From an uncultured virus (IMG/VR IMGVR_UViG_3300030104_006994) (taxonomy: Duplodnaviria; Heunggongvirae; Uroviricota; Caudoviricetes), in IMG/VR virus record IMGVR_UViG_3300030104_006994: a stretch of 20,000 nucleotides of DNA; one strand, written 5' to 3'. Below, one piece after another: positions 1 through 9,620 of the stretch. Position 1 is the stretch's first letter; each line of letters starts with the position of its first letter. The notes below the pieces were generated by a model. It was given only the letters and a program-made list of their open reading frames with translations. It did no database searches and was not told the origin of the DNA. A program made the translations under genes and the position numbers.

Positions 1-2738
1 GCACTTTCACCTACGGTTAAGTTTGCGTAATGAGGAACTCGTTGAACAATGACTTTCATTTCACTGCTTCCTGTTCCTATAGTACTATCTGAACCTGATG
101 CGTTTCCGTAATATTTTTTCTTAGTAGTAGTAAAAGTTATTGTCTTGCTGCTAGAATCTACAGAATCTACTGTTAAGAATTCATAATTACCTACGTTAAC
201 TCTTCTGCTATTCGGCGCATCATTTCCAGAAGTTCGAGTATGAGTTCCATAACCTTGCGCGCAATAAATTATCACTTCATCTCCCGCAACAATACCACTT
301 GGAGTATCGGTCAAAACAACAGTATTAGTAGTAAATGAATCAGCGTTAAAAGCGACAGCATCCGGAACTGTTCTATCGGATATTAAACTGTCGGTGTCCA
401 TCGTATAGGTCCCTGAATTAGATACAGTTACATCTCCATCCGATCCGTCGCCTGTGTTTAATTGCTGTTCTATTTTTGCTTTACCATCTATTGCATAACC
501 ACTACTATTATTTGTATCTATATTATTTGTATTACTATACTCTTCTATAAACATCCCAGTAGCTAAATCTAGCTCGAGTCTTCCGCCAGTTGCGGGATTC
601 AGTAAGCCGTCTGAAAATACAGCAGAAGTATTATTGAAATCTGCAGTGCTATCAAAATTAAAAGCGGAATGACTCTCAGAAGCCGATATAGCAACATAAG
701 AATCATCAGTCACTGATAATGTAGTTACGTCAGAAAAAGTTAATCCATCGTCAGTGCTAAGTTTTAGACCCGCTCCAGACTCTAATAATACTTTTTGCCC
801 TAAATATATAGAAGTACCAGACAAATAAAGGTCTCTCCATCTTTTACCTGTTGTTCCTAGATCTCGAGTATTTGTAACGTCAGGAACGATATTTTGATCA
901 ACTGCCGACAAATCTGTACTTGACCCTGCTGTTATTCCCGAGAATGCCAAAGTGCTGCCGGACACAACTGGTACTTGACCCTCCGATCCTAAACTCGCAA
1001 CAGTATCACTGAGAGATATAAAAGAAGCTGCTCCTCCTGTTCCGTCTGCACCAGCTGCTCCAGATGGACCTCGTATACCTGCTAAATGCCTAACTTCTAT
1101 CTCCAATCCGCTAGACGGAGCTTCCGGAAAAGTTAAACCTGAGCCACTAATTGTATAGTTTGTAACGGGAGATTGAAGCAAACCATTAATACTTACTATA
1201 ATATTTTTAGCTTCGCCTATACTATTTGTTAAGCTATAACTTACTGTTGATCCGTCGCCAGTAAATAAATCAGAAGCTAAAGCTCCTACTACTCCTGTTG
1301 ATTCACCTTGAATTCCTTGAGGGCCAGTTGCGCCAGTAGGCCCAGTTGGGCCGGTAGGCCCTGTCGAACCTGCAGGACCTGTTGGTCCTGTTGGGCCAGT
1401 AGGTCCTGTTGGGCCACTTGGTCCTGTTGAACCTGCTGGCCCTGTTGGCCCCGTGGCACCAGTTGCCCCCGTGTCTCCTTGTATGCCCTGTTCTCCGGAC
1501 GGGCCTACTAAACCTCCCAAATGTCTAACGTCTATTTCTACGCCGCTAGAAGGAGCCTCTGGAAATAGAAGCCCGCTTCTACCACTTATTAAATCATAGT
1601 TATTACCGGGTATTTGAAGTAGCCCATTTACTGCTACTGTTATACTAAAATCATTTACTGGAGCTCGAGTCATCATGAACCCGGTCGTTACTCCATCTCC
1701 CGTGAATAAATCTTCTCCTAATATTCCACTATTAGAAGTAGTTACTCCTCCTCCTCCTCCTCCTGCCCCAGCTGGCCCTGTTGGCCCAGTAGGCCCAGTA
1801 GGCCCGGTAGGTCCTGTCGGACCCGTTGGGCCAGTCGCCCCTCCTCCAGAAACTCCAGAAAAAACAAGAGAGTTGCCATCAGCAGAAACAACCACTGATT
1901 GACCAGCAGACCCTAAACTGCCCGGAGTGTCTGATAAACCCGTAAAGGCACTAGCTCCTCCAAAAGAGCCTGTTTGCCCAGTAGTAACTAAAGAATCAAA
2001 TCCAGAAAAAGCCAGTCCTGTTCCACTCCCTATAAGAAACTTTCCGTCTTCTATACTAGAAGGAGTGTCGATCAATTGAGTGAATTGACTAAATGTTCCT
2101 GATACAACAGTCGTGCTTGTTAATGTTATTCCAGAAAAAGCTAGGCCTGAGCCAGATACTACGACAACCTGACCTTCACCTCCGAGTCCAGTAGGAGTAT
2201 CTGTTAAATCGGGAAAAGCTGAAGCTGTTCCACCTCCGCCAGTTACCCCAGAAAATATTAAAGAGTTTCCATCTGAAGAAACCACTACTGACTGTCCAGC
2301 ACTGCCAAGTGAACCCGGAGTGTCGGTTAAATCGCTAAATGCAGAGGCTGAAGGTGTGATGCCCGAAAATGCTAGCTCTGTCCCAGAAACAACTACTACT
2401 TGTCCTTCCCCACCTAAAGAAGAAACAGTGTCAGTCAAGTCGACAAAAGTTGAAGAACCCCCACCCCCTCCAGCCACTCCAGAAAATACTAAAGAACTGC
2501 CATCTGAACCAACTACAACTGATTGACCGACAGAACCGTAGCCAGCAGGAGTATCTCCTAATCCTACAAAATCATTTGCAGAAGAAAAGAAATTGGAAAG
2601 ATCCCCTACAGTGGTGGACTTGTTGGTCCCACTAGGAGAATAAAAAGTATCACTGATGTCTACTACTAGTAAAACATCTTCCGACGCCAAATTCCCAGAT
2701 GATAAATTAGGGAACTGTGATATCCTTGTTCCGGCCAT
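1..2738 (-). CDS. Long tail fibre / collagen-like virion protein, >912 aa, truncated at the left window edge (absent from the ORF track)
   Basis: I translated it by hand from ATG at 2738 ([27 protein letters not shown]...) and found it open to the window edge. It contains seven FxxLxDT(P/V) repeats, two Gly-Pro-Thr collagen tracts, two DLFTGDG...NGLLQxP..NY...[14 protein letters not shown] domains, and an [22 protein letters not shown] fibre motif. A GTGTAATA motif lies 16 nt upstream. Confidence 0.9.
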   Translation of the reverse strand, partial: MAGTRISQFPNLSSGNLASEDVLLVVDISDTFYSPSGTNKSTTVGDLSNFFSSANDFVGLGDTPAGYGSVGQSVVVGSDGSSLVFSGVAGGGGGSSTFVDLTDTVSSLGGEGQVVVVSGTELAFSGITPSASAFSDLTDTPGSLGSAGQSVVVSSDGNSLIFSGVTGGGGTASAFPDLTDTPTGLGGEGQVVVVSGSGLAFSGITLTSTTVVSGTFSQFTQLIDTPSSIEDGKFLIGSGTGLAFSGFDSLVTTGQTGSFGGASAFTGLSDTPGSLGSAGQSVVVSADGNSLVFSGVSGGGATGPTGPTGPTGPTGPTGPTGPAGAGGGGGGVTTSNSGILGEDLFTGDGVTTGFMMTRAPVNDFSITVAVNGLLQIPGNNYDLISGRSGLLFPEAPSSGVEIDVRHLGGLVGPSGEQGIQGDTGATGATGPTGPAGSTGPSGPTGPTGPTGPTGPAGSTGPTGPTGPTGATGPQGIQGESTGVVGALASDLFTGDGSTVSYSLTNSIGEAKNIIVSINGLLQSPVTNYTISGSGLTFPEAPSSGLEIEVRHLAGIRGPSGAAGADGTGGAASFISLSDTVASLGSEGQVPVVSGSTLAFSGITAGSSTDLSAVDQNIVPDVTNTRDLGTTGKRWRDLYLSGTSIYLGQKVLLESGAGLKLSTDDGLTFSDVTTLSVTDDSYVAISASESHSAFNFDSTADFNNTSAVFSDGLLNPATGGRLELDLATGMFIEEYSNTNNIDTNNSSGYAIDGKAKIEQQLNTGDGSDGDVTVSNSGTYTMDTDSLISDRTVPDAVAFNADSFTTNTVVLTDTPSGIVAGDEVIIYCAQGYGTHTRTSGNDAPNSRRVNVGNYEFLTVDSVDSSSKTITFTTTKKKYYGNASGSDSTIGTGSSEMKVIVQRVPHYANLTVGES
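1303..1510 (-). repeat. Collagen-like (Gly-X-Y)n tract, mostly GPT/GAT
   Basis: Translates to [36 protein letters not shown]...GPQGIQGE. Boundaries approximate. Confidence 0.9.
1761..1840 (-). repeat. Collagen-like (GPT)n tract
   Basis: Translates to [27 protein letters not shown]; a 9-bp period is visible in the DNA. Confidence 0.9.
1845..2571 (-). repeat. Six tandem ~35-45 aa fibre repeats FxxLxDTPxxLGxxGQxVVVxxxxxxLxFSG
   Basis: Copies begin [40 protein letters not shown] and FTGLSDTP. A seventh (FISLSDTV) lies near 940-1025. Confidence 0.85.
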
Positions 2739-2750
2739 TCTTAGCTAAAT

Positions 2751-2764
2751 ATATTACACTTTTT
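2751..2764 (-). promoter_or_regulatory. Putative phage late promoter, GTGTA motif
   Basis: Minus strand reads AAAAAGTGTAATAT; the GTGTA core (2755-2759) is 16 nt before ATG 2738, and the motif recurs in front of other genes. Confidence 0.7.
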
Positions 2765-2766
2765 AA

Positions 2767-4410
2767 TCATATCGTATATAGTTGTCCTGTATTTGTAAAG
2801 TTTTCTGGTAATAATAAAAGTCCGTCTTCTAAAAATATTTCTGCATATCTGGTATTTTCTTGAGCTATATACTGACACGGAGCTCCATCTGCTAAGTGAA
2901 TTGTAGAATCTACTGTCAAAAGATCAGGTAAATACCAAAAAGGATTATCTTTTTTGTTTGATCTAGAGCTTATTTGAACTGGATCTAAAGTCCTATCCGC
3001 TGTTTCTGGAAATTCACAAGGATTAAAAATACCGCTCCTAATTCCATAATGGAAATATTCCCACTGATAAGCTCCTGTATCTGGCTCATAATAAAATAAA
3101 TTTTCTTCTTCCACTCCTTCATATTGTAAATAACCATAAGTATTACTCCCTGTCGAAGCTTTTGTATAGTCAGGTTCTGCTGTTTGATATCTTATTTTTG
3201 GAAATTCAACTCCAGTTGGAAAAGAAGGCTCGGTCTTAGCCTCTTTAGAGACAGGGTCAGAATTATAATCTATTCTATTTAAAGTATTTGTTTCGGAAAA
3301 TCTTTCAAAAGATTTGGAAAAATAATTTACATCTGACATTCTACTTTTTCCGAATCCTCTAATCAAAGACGTAGATAAATAATTTATGTCCGATAATCTA
3401 TTTTTTGTAAATCCTTTGTTAAAAGACGTTCTAAAGTTTTCAATATTATTTAAAGATATATTTGCCGAAAAGACTCCCTCGAAATCATCTCTAGTAAAAT
3501 AGTTTAAATTACTTAAAGTATTTGTATATTTATACCTATGGAAACTATTTCTTGGGTTATATATAGAAGTAGATAAAGAGTATTTCTGTTTTTCAAAGTT
3601 CTCAGCATGATCAATTCCGACGCTTCTACTTAGGCCAACTCTTTGACTAAAATTGTAAGCGTGATTAATATTTACGCCTCTGCCTAAATCAAAACGCTCT
3701 GCTATTCTATAAGGATTCTGAAGCTCTAAAGATGTGGAGCTTTTGCCTTCAATAAAACTTTCTTGAAAATAATTAACCTGCAGTATTAAATTATTTTTTC
3801 CTTCAATGAAATCATCTGAAAAGTAATTAGCTTCAAAACTTCTGCCTAAGCCAACCCTTGTCGATAATTTTTCTTTTTTCACCAAATTAATATTTACAGA
3901 CCTTGAGCTTTTACCCTCAATAAAAGATTTACCGTAATAATTTGCTTCTATTGTGTTATGATTTTTTCCTTCAGCAAAATCATTTGAAAAGTAATTAGCT
4001 CCAAGTTGAGAAAAAGTTTTGCTCTCAATAAAAGCTATCGAATAATTCTGTAGGTTAATTTGTCTGCCCAAGTTAAATCGCAAACTTATTTTGTAAGGAT
4101 TGTGAATATTTGGTCTTATTTCAAAATCTATTCTTGGAGCAATTAAATAGTTTGACTTAAAAGAAGGATCAATTTCAAAATCTACTCTTGGCGTGATTAA
4201 GTTATTTAAATTAAAAGTTGGATCTATTTTTAAATTTACATCTTTTCTATTTTCTTTTGTGAAATATTGTATGTTAGAAGCTGAAGCCGTAACCTTTCCA
4301 GTTTCAACCGGAGCGTCAAAAGCTCCTGTAGGATTAAATGTAGGTATGTTCCCTCGGAAGCCCCAGCCTCCGGTATTGTAGATGGGCGGAGCTGTGTAGA
4401 AGGTAGACAT
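2767..4410 (-). CDS. Putative virion structural protein with ~18-aa internal repeats, 547 aa
   Basis: Long ORF in the tail gene cluster. Repeats ANYFSNDFAEGKNHNTIE / ANYYGKSFIEGKSSRSVN / ANYFSDDFIEGKNNLILQ / VNYFQESFIEGKSSTSLE; C-terminal IFLEDGLLLLPE motif. Confidence 0.7.
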   Translation of the reverse strand: MSTFYTAPPIYNTGGWGFRGNIPTFNPTGAFDAPVETGKVTASASNIQYFTKENRKDVNLKIDPTFNLNNLITPRVDFEIDPSFKSNYLIAPRIDFEIRPNIHNPYKISLRFNLGRQINLQNYSIAFIESKTFSQLGANYFSNDFAEGKNHNTIEANYYGKSFIEGKSSRSVNINLVKKEKLSTRVGLGRSFEANYFSDDFIEGKNNLILQVNYFQESFIEGKSSTSLELQNPYRIAERFDLGRGVNINHAYNFSQRVGLSRSVGIDHAENFEKQKYSLSTSIYNPRNSFHRYKYTNTLSNLNYFTRDDFEGVFSANISLNNIENFRTSFNKGFTKNRLSDINYLSTSLIRGFGKSRMSDVNYFSKSFERFSETNTLNRIDYNSDPVSKEAKTEPSFPTGVEFPKIRYQTAEPDYTKASTGSNTYGYLQYEGVEEENLFYYEPDTGAYQWEYFHYGIRSGIFNPCEFPETADRTLDPVQISSRSNKKDNPFWYLPDLLTVDSTIHLADGAPCQYIAQENTRYAEIFLEDGLLLLPENFTNTGQLYTI

Positions 4411-4411
4411 T

Positions 4412-5476
4412 TTAGTACTCTCTTAAATGCACATCTAGATAATGATAGCTCAATCCATCTAAATCTGTGCTTGTAGAACCAGCTCCAGAAACAGCTACAT
4501 TTTTAGGATTAGAAGTTCTAGTTATAGCTAAAATATTATTTCCCGAAGTGCTTAAGTTATAATCTTTGTCTGTATCATAAGGACTGCCTATATTATTTAT
4601 TGGATAAGAGATTAAGTAGCTACCTGCTCCTGTTAGATATGAATATGGAGAAGATGAAAATGAAGAGCCTGTTCCAAAATGAAATTCTTGAAAAGTTACA
4701 TTGTAGTGACCGTCTCTAATACTATTTGATATAGAACCTGTTATGCGCACTGTTTCTCCATTAACTAAACTATCATATCTTCTATTCGTTACAATTGGAA
4801 CTTTATCATGAATATTAACTCTAGCTCCATAATTACCATGAGCGCCGCATGCGTAATTAAGAGAACTAGGGGCTGACTGAGGAACTCGAAAGTAAAGTAT
4901 TCCACCGTTTTGTGCTCTTGAGTTTGTTACGCCAGAAGTATATTCATACGTATAAGCTCCTCCGTTACCTTCGGTAACAAAAATAAAAGGATGCCCGTTA
5001 GTACTAGAATCTGTGGTGAACTTATAAGTATTACCTCTTTGAAGGTTAATTTCCAATTTTTGAACTTGAGAAGTTGTAGTGTGGCTTCCTGCTGTTATTT
5101 CACTTAAAAAATATGCTCCACCTGCTGCAGTTACATTAAATTGGGTTGAATAAGTGCCACTAGAACTCTCTTCTGTTAGATAGTCTCCCGTTTGTCCTTG
5201 TAAGGTAGTTATTTGAGTTTGAAGATTACCACTTAGTACATCATCTGCATTTTCATATTCAGTTTGTAAATTCCCACTTAGATCATTAAATTGGTTTTTA
5301 AGCCCAGTTAACGATATGTCGCCAAGCCCTGAAATAATTTGAAAACCTGTTATGCCTAATTGGCCACTTAAGGTAACATCATTGTTGTGAGATTTAGAAA
5401 AGGCAGTTCTTAAAGGATCACCTAATCCGTCATTTGCGGAAACTCCTGTATTTACGACTTCTAAACTGAAACTCAT
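4412..5476 (-). CDS. Baseplate/fibre protein with a T4 gp9/gp10-like N-terminal motif and a cupredoxin-like domain, 354 aa
   Basis: N-terminus NTGVSANDGLGDPLRTAFSK resembles the gp9/gp10 start (NIGxxxDDGTGDxLRxxxxKINxNF). It is followed by LSGNLQT helical repeats and an LQRGNTYKF...HPF...VPxxAPxxLxYxCxxH domain. Confidence 0.75.
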   Translation of the reverse strand: MSFSLEVVNTGVSANDGLGDPLRTAFSKSHNNDVTLSGQLGITGFQIISGLGDISLTGLKNQFNDLSGNLQTEYENADDVLSGNLQTQITTLQGQTGDYLTEESSSGTYSTQFNVTAAGGAYFLSEITAGSHTTTSQVQKLEINLQRGNTYKFTTDSSTNGHPFIFVTEGNGGAYTYEYTSGVTNSRAQNGGILYFRVPQSAPSSLNYACGAHGNYGARVNIHDKVPIVTNRRYDSLVNGETVRITGSISNSIRDGHYNVTFQEFHFGTGSSFSSSPYSYLTGAGSYLISYPINNIGSPYDTDKDYNLSTSGNNILAITRTSNPKNVAVSGAGSTSTDLDGLSYHYLDVHLREY

Positions 5477-5485
5477 TTATATACA

Positions 5486-7498
5486 TTATAGCTGCCCAGT
5501 ATTTCTAGTCCAAGTATACTTAAAGGAAACCTTCAAGATATGATCATTATCTTTATCTCTTGGAGTAGCCAATCTATAAACGTAGCCATTGTCTCTCGCC
5601 GCACCACTCATTGTTATAGGATTAATTGATGTATCAGTAGTTGCACCAACACCGACAGTCGCCCACGCGTCATGAACTCGAGATCCATTTTCTATAGAAT
5701 TCCCAACCGCATTGTCATAGAAACAGAATTTTGTGAGAGTTCTAGAATCACCTGATTGCGCTTCATTATATTCAGCTTTTCTTAATGGTAATTCATAATA
5801 GTTTACTCCACTACTTCTATCGTATGCTACCCCAGTAGCCCCAAAAGCTTGAACTGGATCAGTACTTGTTGACAAGAAACATGAAGCTCCTCTTAAATCC
5901 CATGAATCCCACTTTGCGCTAAGACTAGCGTTATCAAAGCCTTTAAGTGTAACTCTCTCGTCAAAAGTCAAATAAGATCCGACCGTGGAATTTTGATCTG
6001 GTTGATAAAAATGATCAACGTTAAAATACTGAGCTCTTTTGCTTTTAATATCTTGGGTATCAGTAGCCGCGCTCACGCCCATTTCAGTTAAATATAATTC
6101 GTAGTTAGGATTATACTTTTCGCTGCTGCTACTGGTAGACGGAACGCCTTCCTCAAGAAACGGTTGACTAGTTCCATCATCAGCGCCGAATGCCGACCAA
6201 TTTACTTGAGAATTTTCTACTCCATATCTAGACACAGGCCTCATAACAAAAGACAAAGGGCCATTTGTAAAAAACGGAGTTTGATAGTTATTAGCGTAAG
6301 TTATGGTATTAGTTCCAAAAAATCGTAAAAGGTTATACCCGTAAGCAGAGCTATCTGCTGTCCAATTAGTAGAATGAGAATCAGTGCCATGAGCAGCAGC
6401 AAAATCTTCTAATTGCTGAAAGTTAAGATAATTACCCCAAGGCCAGTAACCAGAGGCTCCAGAAATAGTATTTGAAGTAGTCGCAGCTCCAGCTACTCCA
6501 CTCATATTTTTATGAACGTTTACCCCAAGAACTCCGCTTCCTGTTATTGCATCATGATTTATAAATCTATTTATATCTTGATAGTCGGTCAGCGTTAAGA
6601 GTGGCCCCGGCCTGTCTGAAAGTCTTTGGCTGCCCACGGGTTGTTTATATCCAAGAATCGTACCATCCGCACCAGTTTCTTGGAAAACATTTTCTCCATT
6701 TTGCCATCTATTAATATACCCAAATCCCGGCCCGAAATCTACGGCTCCAACAGCAAAAGGCTCGTTAGAAGCCCCGCCAGCATCCACCGGATCGGCAACA
6801 CCTGAATGATTAATTCCAATCATTCCTATATGCTGTAATCCATGCCTGTCTCCAGAAGCAGCAGAGCCACTCCAAGAAATAGTGGGTAGGCTGCCATCTG
6901 ACCCTGTTGGAATTAATCCTGATATACTTGGATTAATTGGATCGAGCTGAACGTTCAATTCGTACTTTACTCTTAAATATTGACCCGGACGTAATACTTC
7001 TGGATCAGGTCTACCGGCGGCAGTATTACCATCTAATACAACTCGCGAAAAAAGTTTTTTAGCTCCGGGAGTTTCTTTAAATCCAAGCTCTGTAATAACA
7101 GCGTTTTGTTTCTCCGCCAAGAAATCAAAAGTTCTAAATAACTGAAGATATCTATTATCTCCGCTAGAGTAAATGTTATGACCACAATTCCCACTTCCCG
7201 GAAGGTAAAAGGAATTCATCATCTTCGGTTTTTGCAGCTGAGTATCAGAGATAGCGGCAGGAGTGACTGATCCTGACGGTTGATTACCAGCAACGCAAAA
7301 CTGAAATACCTGAGCCCAAGGCATATAAGCAATTTTGTCCAAGCCACAATCTAAAATTAAGTTCTTGTGCCAATCTCCTTCTTTTTCCATGGAACCATCT
7401 GGGTTCATGACCATGGTTTTATATTTACCTTGAACAGAGCGTTTAAATTCTATTTCAGGTATTTCGATAACTTTTTTGGGCTCGTATCTAATACTCAT
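5486..7498 (-). CDS. Tail/baseplate structural protein with a tail-collar-fibre-like N-terminal domain, 670 aa
   Basis: N-terminal motif series KNLILDCGLD...CVAG...DTQL...FDF...ITELGF...LFSRVVL...LRVKYEL is typical of phage fibre-anchoring domains. A similar beta-rich end (KDNDHILKVSFKYTWTR) and tail-cluster context support this. Confidence 0.65.
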   Translation of the reverse strand: MSIRYEPKKVIEIPEIEFKRSVQGKYKTMVMNPDGSMEKEGDWHKNLILDCGLDKIAYMPWAQVFQFCVAGNQPSGSVTPAAISDTQLQKPKMMNSFYLPGSGNCGHNIYSSGDNRYLQLFRTFDFLAEKQNAVITELGFKETPGAKKLFSRVVLDGNTAAGRPDPEVLRPGQYLRVKYELNVQLDPINPSISGLIPTGSDGSLPTISWSGSAASGDRHGLQHIGMIGINHSGVADPVDAGGASNEPFAVGAVDFGPGFGYINRWQNGENVFQETGADGTILGYKQPVGSQRLSDRPGPLLTLTDYQDINRFINHDAITGSGVLGVNVHKNMSGVAGAATTSNTISGASGYWPWGNYLNFQQLEDFAAAHGTDSHSTNWTADSSAYGYNLLRFFGTNTITYANNYQTPFFTNGPLSFVMRPVSRYGVENSQVNWSAFGADDGTSQPFLEEGVPSTSSSSEKYNPNYELYLTEMGVSAATDTQDIKSKRAQYFNVDHFYQPDQNSTVGSYLTFDERVTLKGFDNASLSAKWDSWDLRGASCFLSTSTDPVQAFGATGVAYDRSSGVNYYELPLRKAEYNEAQSGDSRTLTKFCFYDNAVGNSIENGSRVHDAWATVGVGATTDTSINPITMSGAARDNGYVYRLATPRDKDNDHILKVSFKYTWTRNTGQL

Positions 7499-7507
7499 TA
7501 TGTTTTA

Positions 7508-7523
7508 ATTATTACACTTTTTT
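7508..7523 (-). promoter_or_regulatory. Putative phage late promoter, GTGTA motif
   Basis: Minus strand reads AAAAAAGTGTAATAAT; the core (7513-7517) is 14 nt before ATG 7498; no Shine-Dalgarno. Confidence 0.7.
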
Positions 7524-7989
7524 AAGGGCTTTCTGAAACAAAAATAGCAGACCAATCTTTTAAATTAGGATATAAATAAGTATAGTCTCCATGGTAAGTT
7601 AGTGCATAGATATAATGTTCGCCACTTGGGACAGTTACAGTCGCTGGAGGTTTTTGCCCGTGCCAAGCAAACTTTTCATATTCCTGTACTAAGATATCTC
7701 CGTTTCCAGAATTATTATATATTCTTACCTGATAGCTTCCTTCAACATCTGGGATACCAGAAAAATATATATTTGAATCATTATGATTTAAGATGAAAGT
7801 ATGAAATTCTTGACTATGATCAAAGTAGTAAGTTCCATTATTTCCAGTTGTTCCGGTAGGAGCACCAACTCTTAAAAGATCTCCAAAGTCAGTATCAAGA
7901 TTATCTCCTGTAATTCTTAATACTTGAGAGTTTCTACCTCTAGAACCGTCTACATACCTAGGGTCTATTTTATTTAACCCATGAGACAT
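7522..7989 (-). CDS. Small fibre-like virion protein, 155 aa
   Basis: The C-terminal ~100 aa has the same beta-strand pattern as the C-terminal domain of the 1010-aa fibre (Y/I-D...F..L..N..I.F....G.Y.V.I.N...W....P......IY.L/F). Confidence 0.55.
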   Translation of the reverse strand: MSHGLNKIDPRYVDGSRGRNSQVLRITGDNLDTDFGDLLRVGAPTGTTGNNGTYYFDHSQEFHTFILNHNDSNIYFSGIPDVEGSYQVRIYNNSGNGDILVQEYEKFAWHGQKPPATVTVPSGEHYIYALTYHGDYTYLYPNLKDWSAIFVSESP

Positions 7990-7992
7990 TTA

Positions 7993-8352
7993 TCATCTTC
8001 CCTCTGCTAAAATGTCTCTAATTTTTTTAGGGATATTTTGCTGTTCTGATAAATCTTCAACTGGTTTTTTAAAAGAAGAAACGTGTTTGCCGAACTCTCT
8101 TAGCAGTCTATCTGTTAACATGTTACGATTATCAATTGGAACAATGCCAACACGAGAAGCATGAGCCTGAAGATCCGACATATTCATATCGAAAATTTTT
8201 CCCTTGTAGCTATCGTAGTCTAAAGTTCCGTATTCGGAGGCACCGTCATCCCCCCAAATTTGATCTAAAGTTGTAGGCTCAAACTTTTTTTCTACTTTAG
8301 CGTGAGTCTGATTAATACTATCTAAACTTTTCTTTTTCCTTTTAACTGCCAT
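7993..8352 (-). CDS. Small protein after the capsid gene with a possible helix-extension-helix (Rho-N/SAP-like) motif, 119 aa
   Basis: MNMSDLQAHASRVGIVPIDNRNMLTDRLLREF fits the HeH spacing; basic N-terminus; AAGG ribosome-binding elements upstream. Confidence 0.6.
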   Translation of the reverse strand: MAVKRKKKSLDSINQTHAKVEKKFEPTTLDQIWGDDGASEYGTLDYDSYKGKIFDMNMSDLQAHASRVGIVPIDNRNMLTDRLLREFGKHVSSFKKPVEDLSEQQNIPKKIRDILAEGR

Positions 8353-8393
8353 AACCTTTTAACCTTTCCTTATTATATATAAAATACACAAAT
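8353..8393 (-). promoter_or_regulatory. GTGTA promoter-like motif plus tandem AAGG leader
   Basis: Minus strand reads TTTGTGTATTTTATATATAATAAGGAAAGGTTAAAAGGTT-ATG; core at 8385-8389, just downstream of the capsid terminator. Confidence 0.55.
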
Positions 8394-8411
8394 AATCTAA
8401 TAAATAGAAAT

Positions 8412-8439
8412 AAAAAACCCGTCGACCGAAGTCGACGGG
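8412..8439 (-). terminator. Rho-independent terminator after the major capsid gene
   Basis: Minus strand CCCGTCGAC-TTCG-GTCGACGGG-TTTTTT: a perfect 9-bp stem, a cUUCGg tetraloop and a U6 tract. Confidence 0.92.
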
Positions 8440-8461
8440 CTTTGAATTATATAACGTTTTA

Positions 8462-9601
8462 TTAAGAACGCTTAAGGTGAGCACCCACGAGTACACGAGC
8501 ATCGATACAAACACGACCCTCTTCGACAGAACCGTAAAAACCGGTCTTGTCAGCACGCTGAGTGAACTGATCGTCAGGCAATGCACTGAACGTAGCACCA
8601 GACTCAGAGTTACGAGCGACAGGGCGAATAAGAGCCTCGCGGCTAGCATCCACACCGACAATAACCTCGTGGCTAGAACCATCGTTAAACGCGGAAGTGG
8701 TTGAAGCACCAGCCTCGTTAACAGCGCCAGCTAAGCCAGCAGAGTCACTGAAGGTCTCGTACAATGTGTTGTACTTCTGACCAACACCGAGCTCCTGCAG
8801 GTCGATGATGTTAATACCGAAGATGTTGGCAAGGCCAGCGCCTCTGTAAGCATCTTCCTTGGCACCGTTCGGTAAACTCTGAGCAGCATTATTACCGACC
8901 GGAGAGTATGAGAACGCTCTGATGTCTTGTTTGACTTCAGGGCTAACATACAGATCAGTGATGCCTTCAGAGTAAACTTGAGCGGCAGTACCACCAGCGA
9001 ACGACTTATTGATACGCTTCATCCGAGTGATGATTGCATTCAAAGTGTCGAGCTGGAAGGTCTCAGTGCTACCAACGTTATTAACAATGTGAGCGCCGTT
9101 AGCGGAAGCAGTTCCCTTACCCTCAGAGAGAGCTTTAAGGATAACTGCCCAAGCATTACGCTCCTGCTTCACCAAGACTTCTTGAGCCATACGCTCAACA
9201 GCCTTGCTAACTACGTCTAAACGACCACGGCGAGCGTATTTCTTCAAGAAACTGACGGCTGCGTCGAGTTTGTAGGTGGCTACCTTCAACTCGTTAGCGC
9301 CAGCGATTTGAGAGCTCGGAAGACCACCAGCAATGTTCTGCTGAACTACAGAAACGTAGTTATCAGAATTTCTTTGCTCGAAGAACAAATCGAGCGGATA
9401 GCTCGGATTGTCGTCTTCGTCGTAAACGACGTCGGAGTAAACAGCCGAAGCTGTATCAGCTTGGCTAAGCACTTGCTGAATAACAGGGCCAATAAAAGCT
9501 GCAAAAGCCTCAGAAGCTTCACGGGAAACTTCAGGACGCTTAGAGCCCATAGCCTTAATCAATTCAACCTGCTCTGGAGTATTTTTAAATTTTAACTTCA
9601 T
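8462..9601 (-). CDS. Major capsid protein (HK97 fold expected), 379 aa
   Basis: Canonical order protease/scaffold - decoration - MCP - terminator. AGGAG Shine-Dalgarno at 9611-9615. Spine-helix-like DVVSKAVERMAQEVLVKQERNAWAVI, plus DLYVSPE and IFGINII motifs; size is appropriate. Confidence 0.85.
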   Translation of the reverse strand: MKLKFKNTPEQVELIKAMGSKRPEVSREASEAFAAFIGPVIQQVLSQADTASAVYSDVVYDEDDNPSYPLDLFFEQRNSDNYVSVVQQNIAGGLPSSQIAGANELKVATYKLDAAVSFLKKYARRGRLDVVSKAVERMAQEVLVKQERNAWAVILKALSEGKGTASANGAHIVNNVGSTETFQLDTLNAIITRMKRINKSFAGGTAAQVYSEGITDLYVSPEVKQDIRAFSYSPVGNNAAQSLPNGAKEDAYRGAGLANIFGINIIDLQELGVGQKYNTLYETFSDSAGLAGAVNEAGASTTSAFNDGSSHEVIVGVDASREALIRPVARNSESGATFSALPDDQFTQRADKTGFYGSVEEGRVCIDARVLVGAHLKRS

Positions 9602-9620
9602 TTTATAAATCTCCTATTAA

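Noticed and set aside
1675..2635. Plus-strand ORFs 1675-1902, 2320-2526 and 2369-2635, one with GPV repeats
   Set aside because: They are antisense shadows of the collagen and DTP repeats in the real minus-strand fibre gene (1-2738).
5473..5482. T4-type late promoter (TATAAATG) before the 354-aa gene
   Set aside because: One mismatch to TATAAATA, overlaps the start codon and is not repeated before other genes. Better read as part of an ATGTA variant of the local motif.
8359..8709. Alternative-frame minus ORF overlapping the capsid 3' end, a possible frameshift extension
   Set aside because: No slippery heptamer is visible near the capsid stop, the extension would read through the strong terminator and next promoter, and the peptide looks like off-frame sequence.
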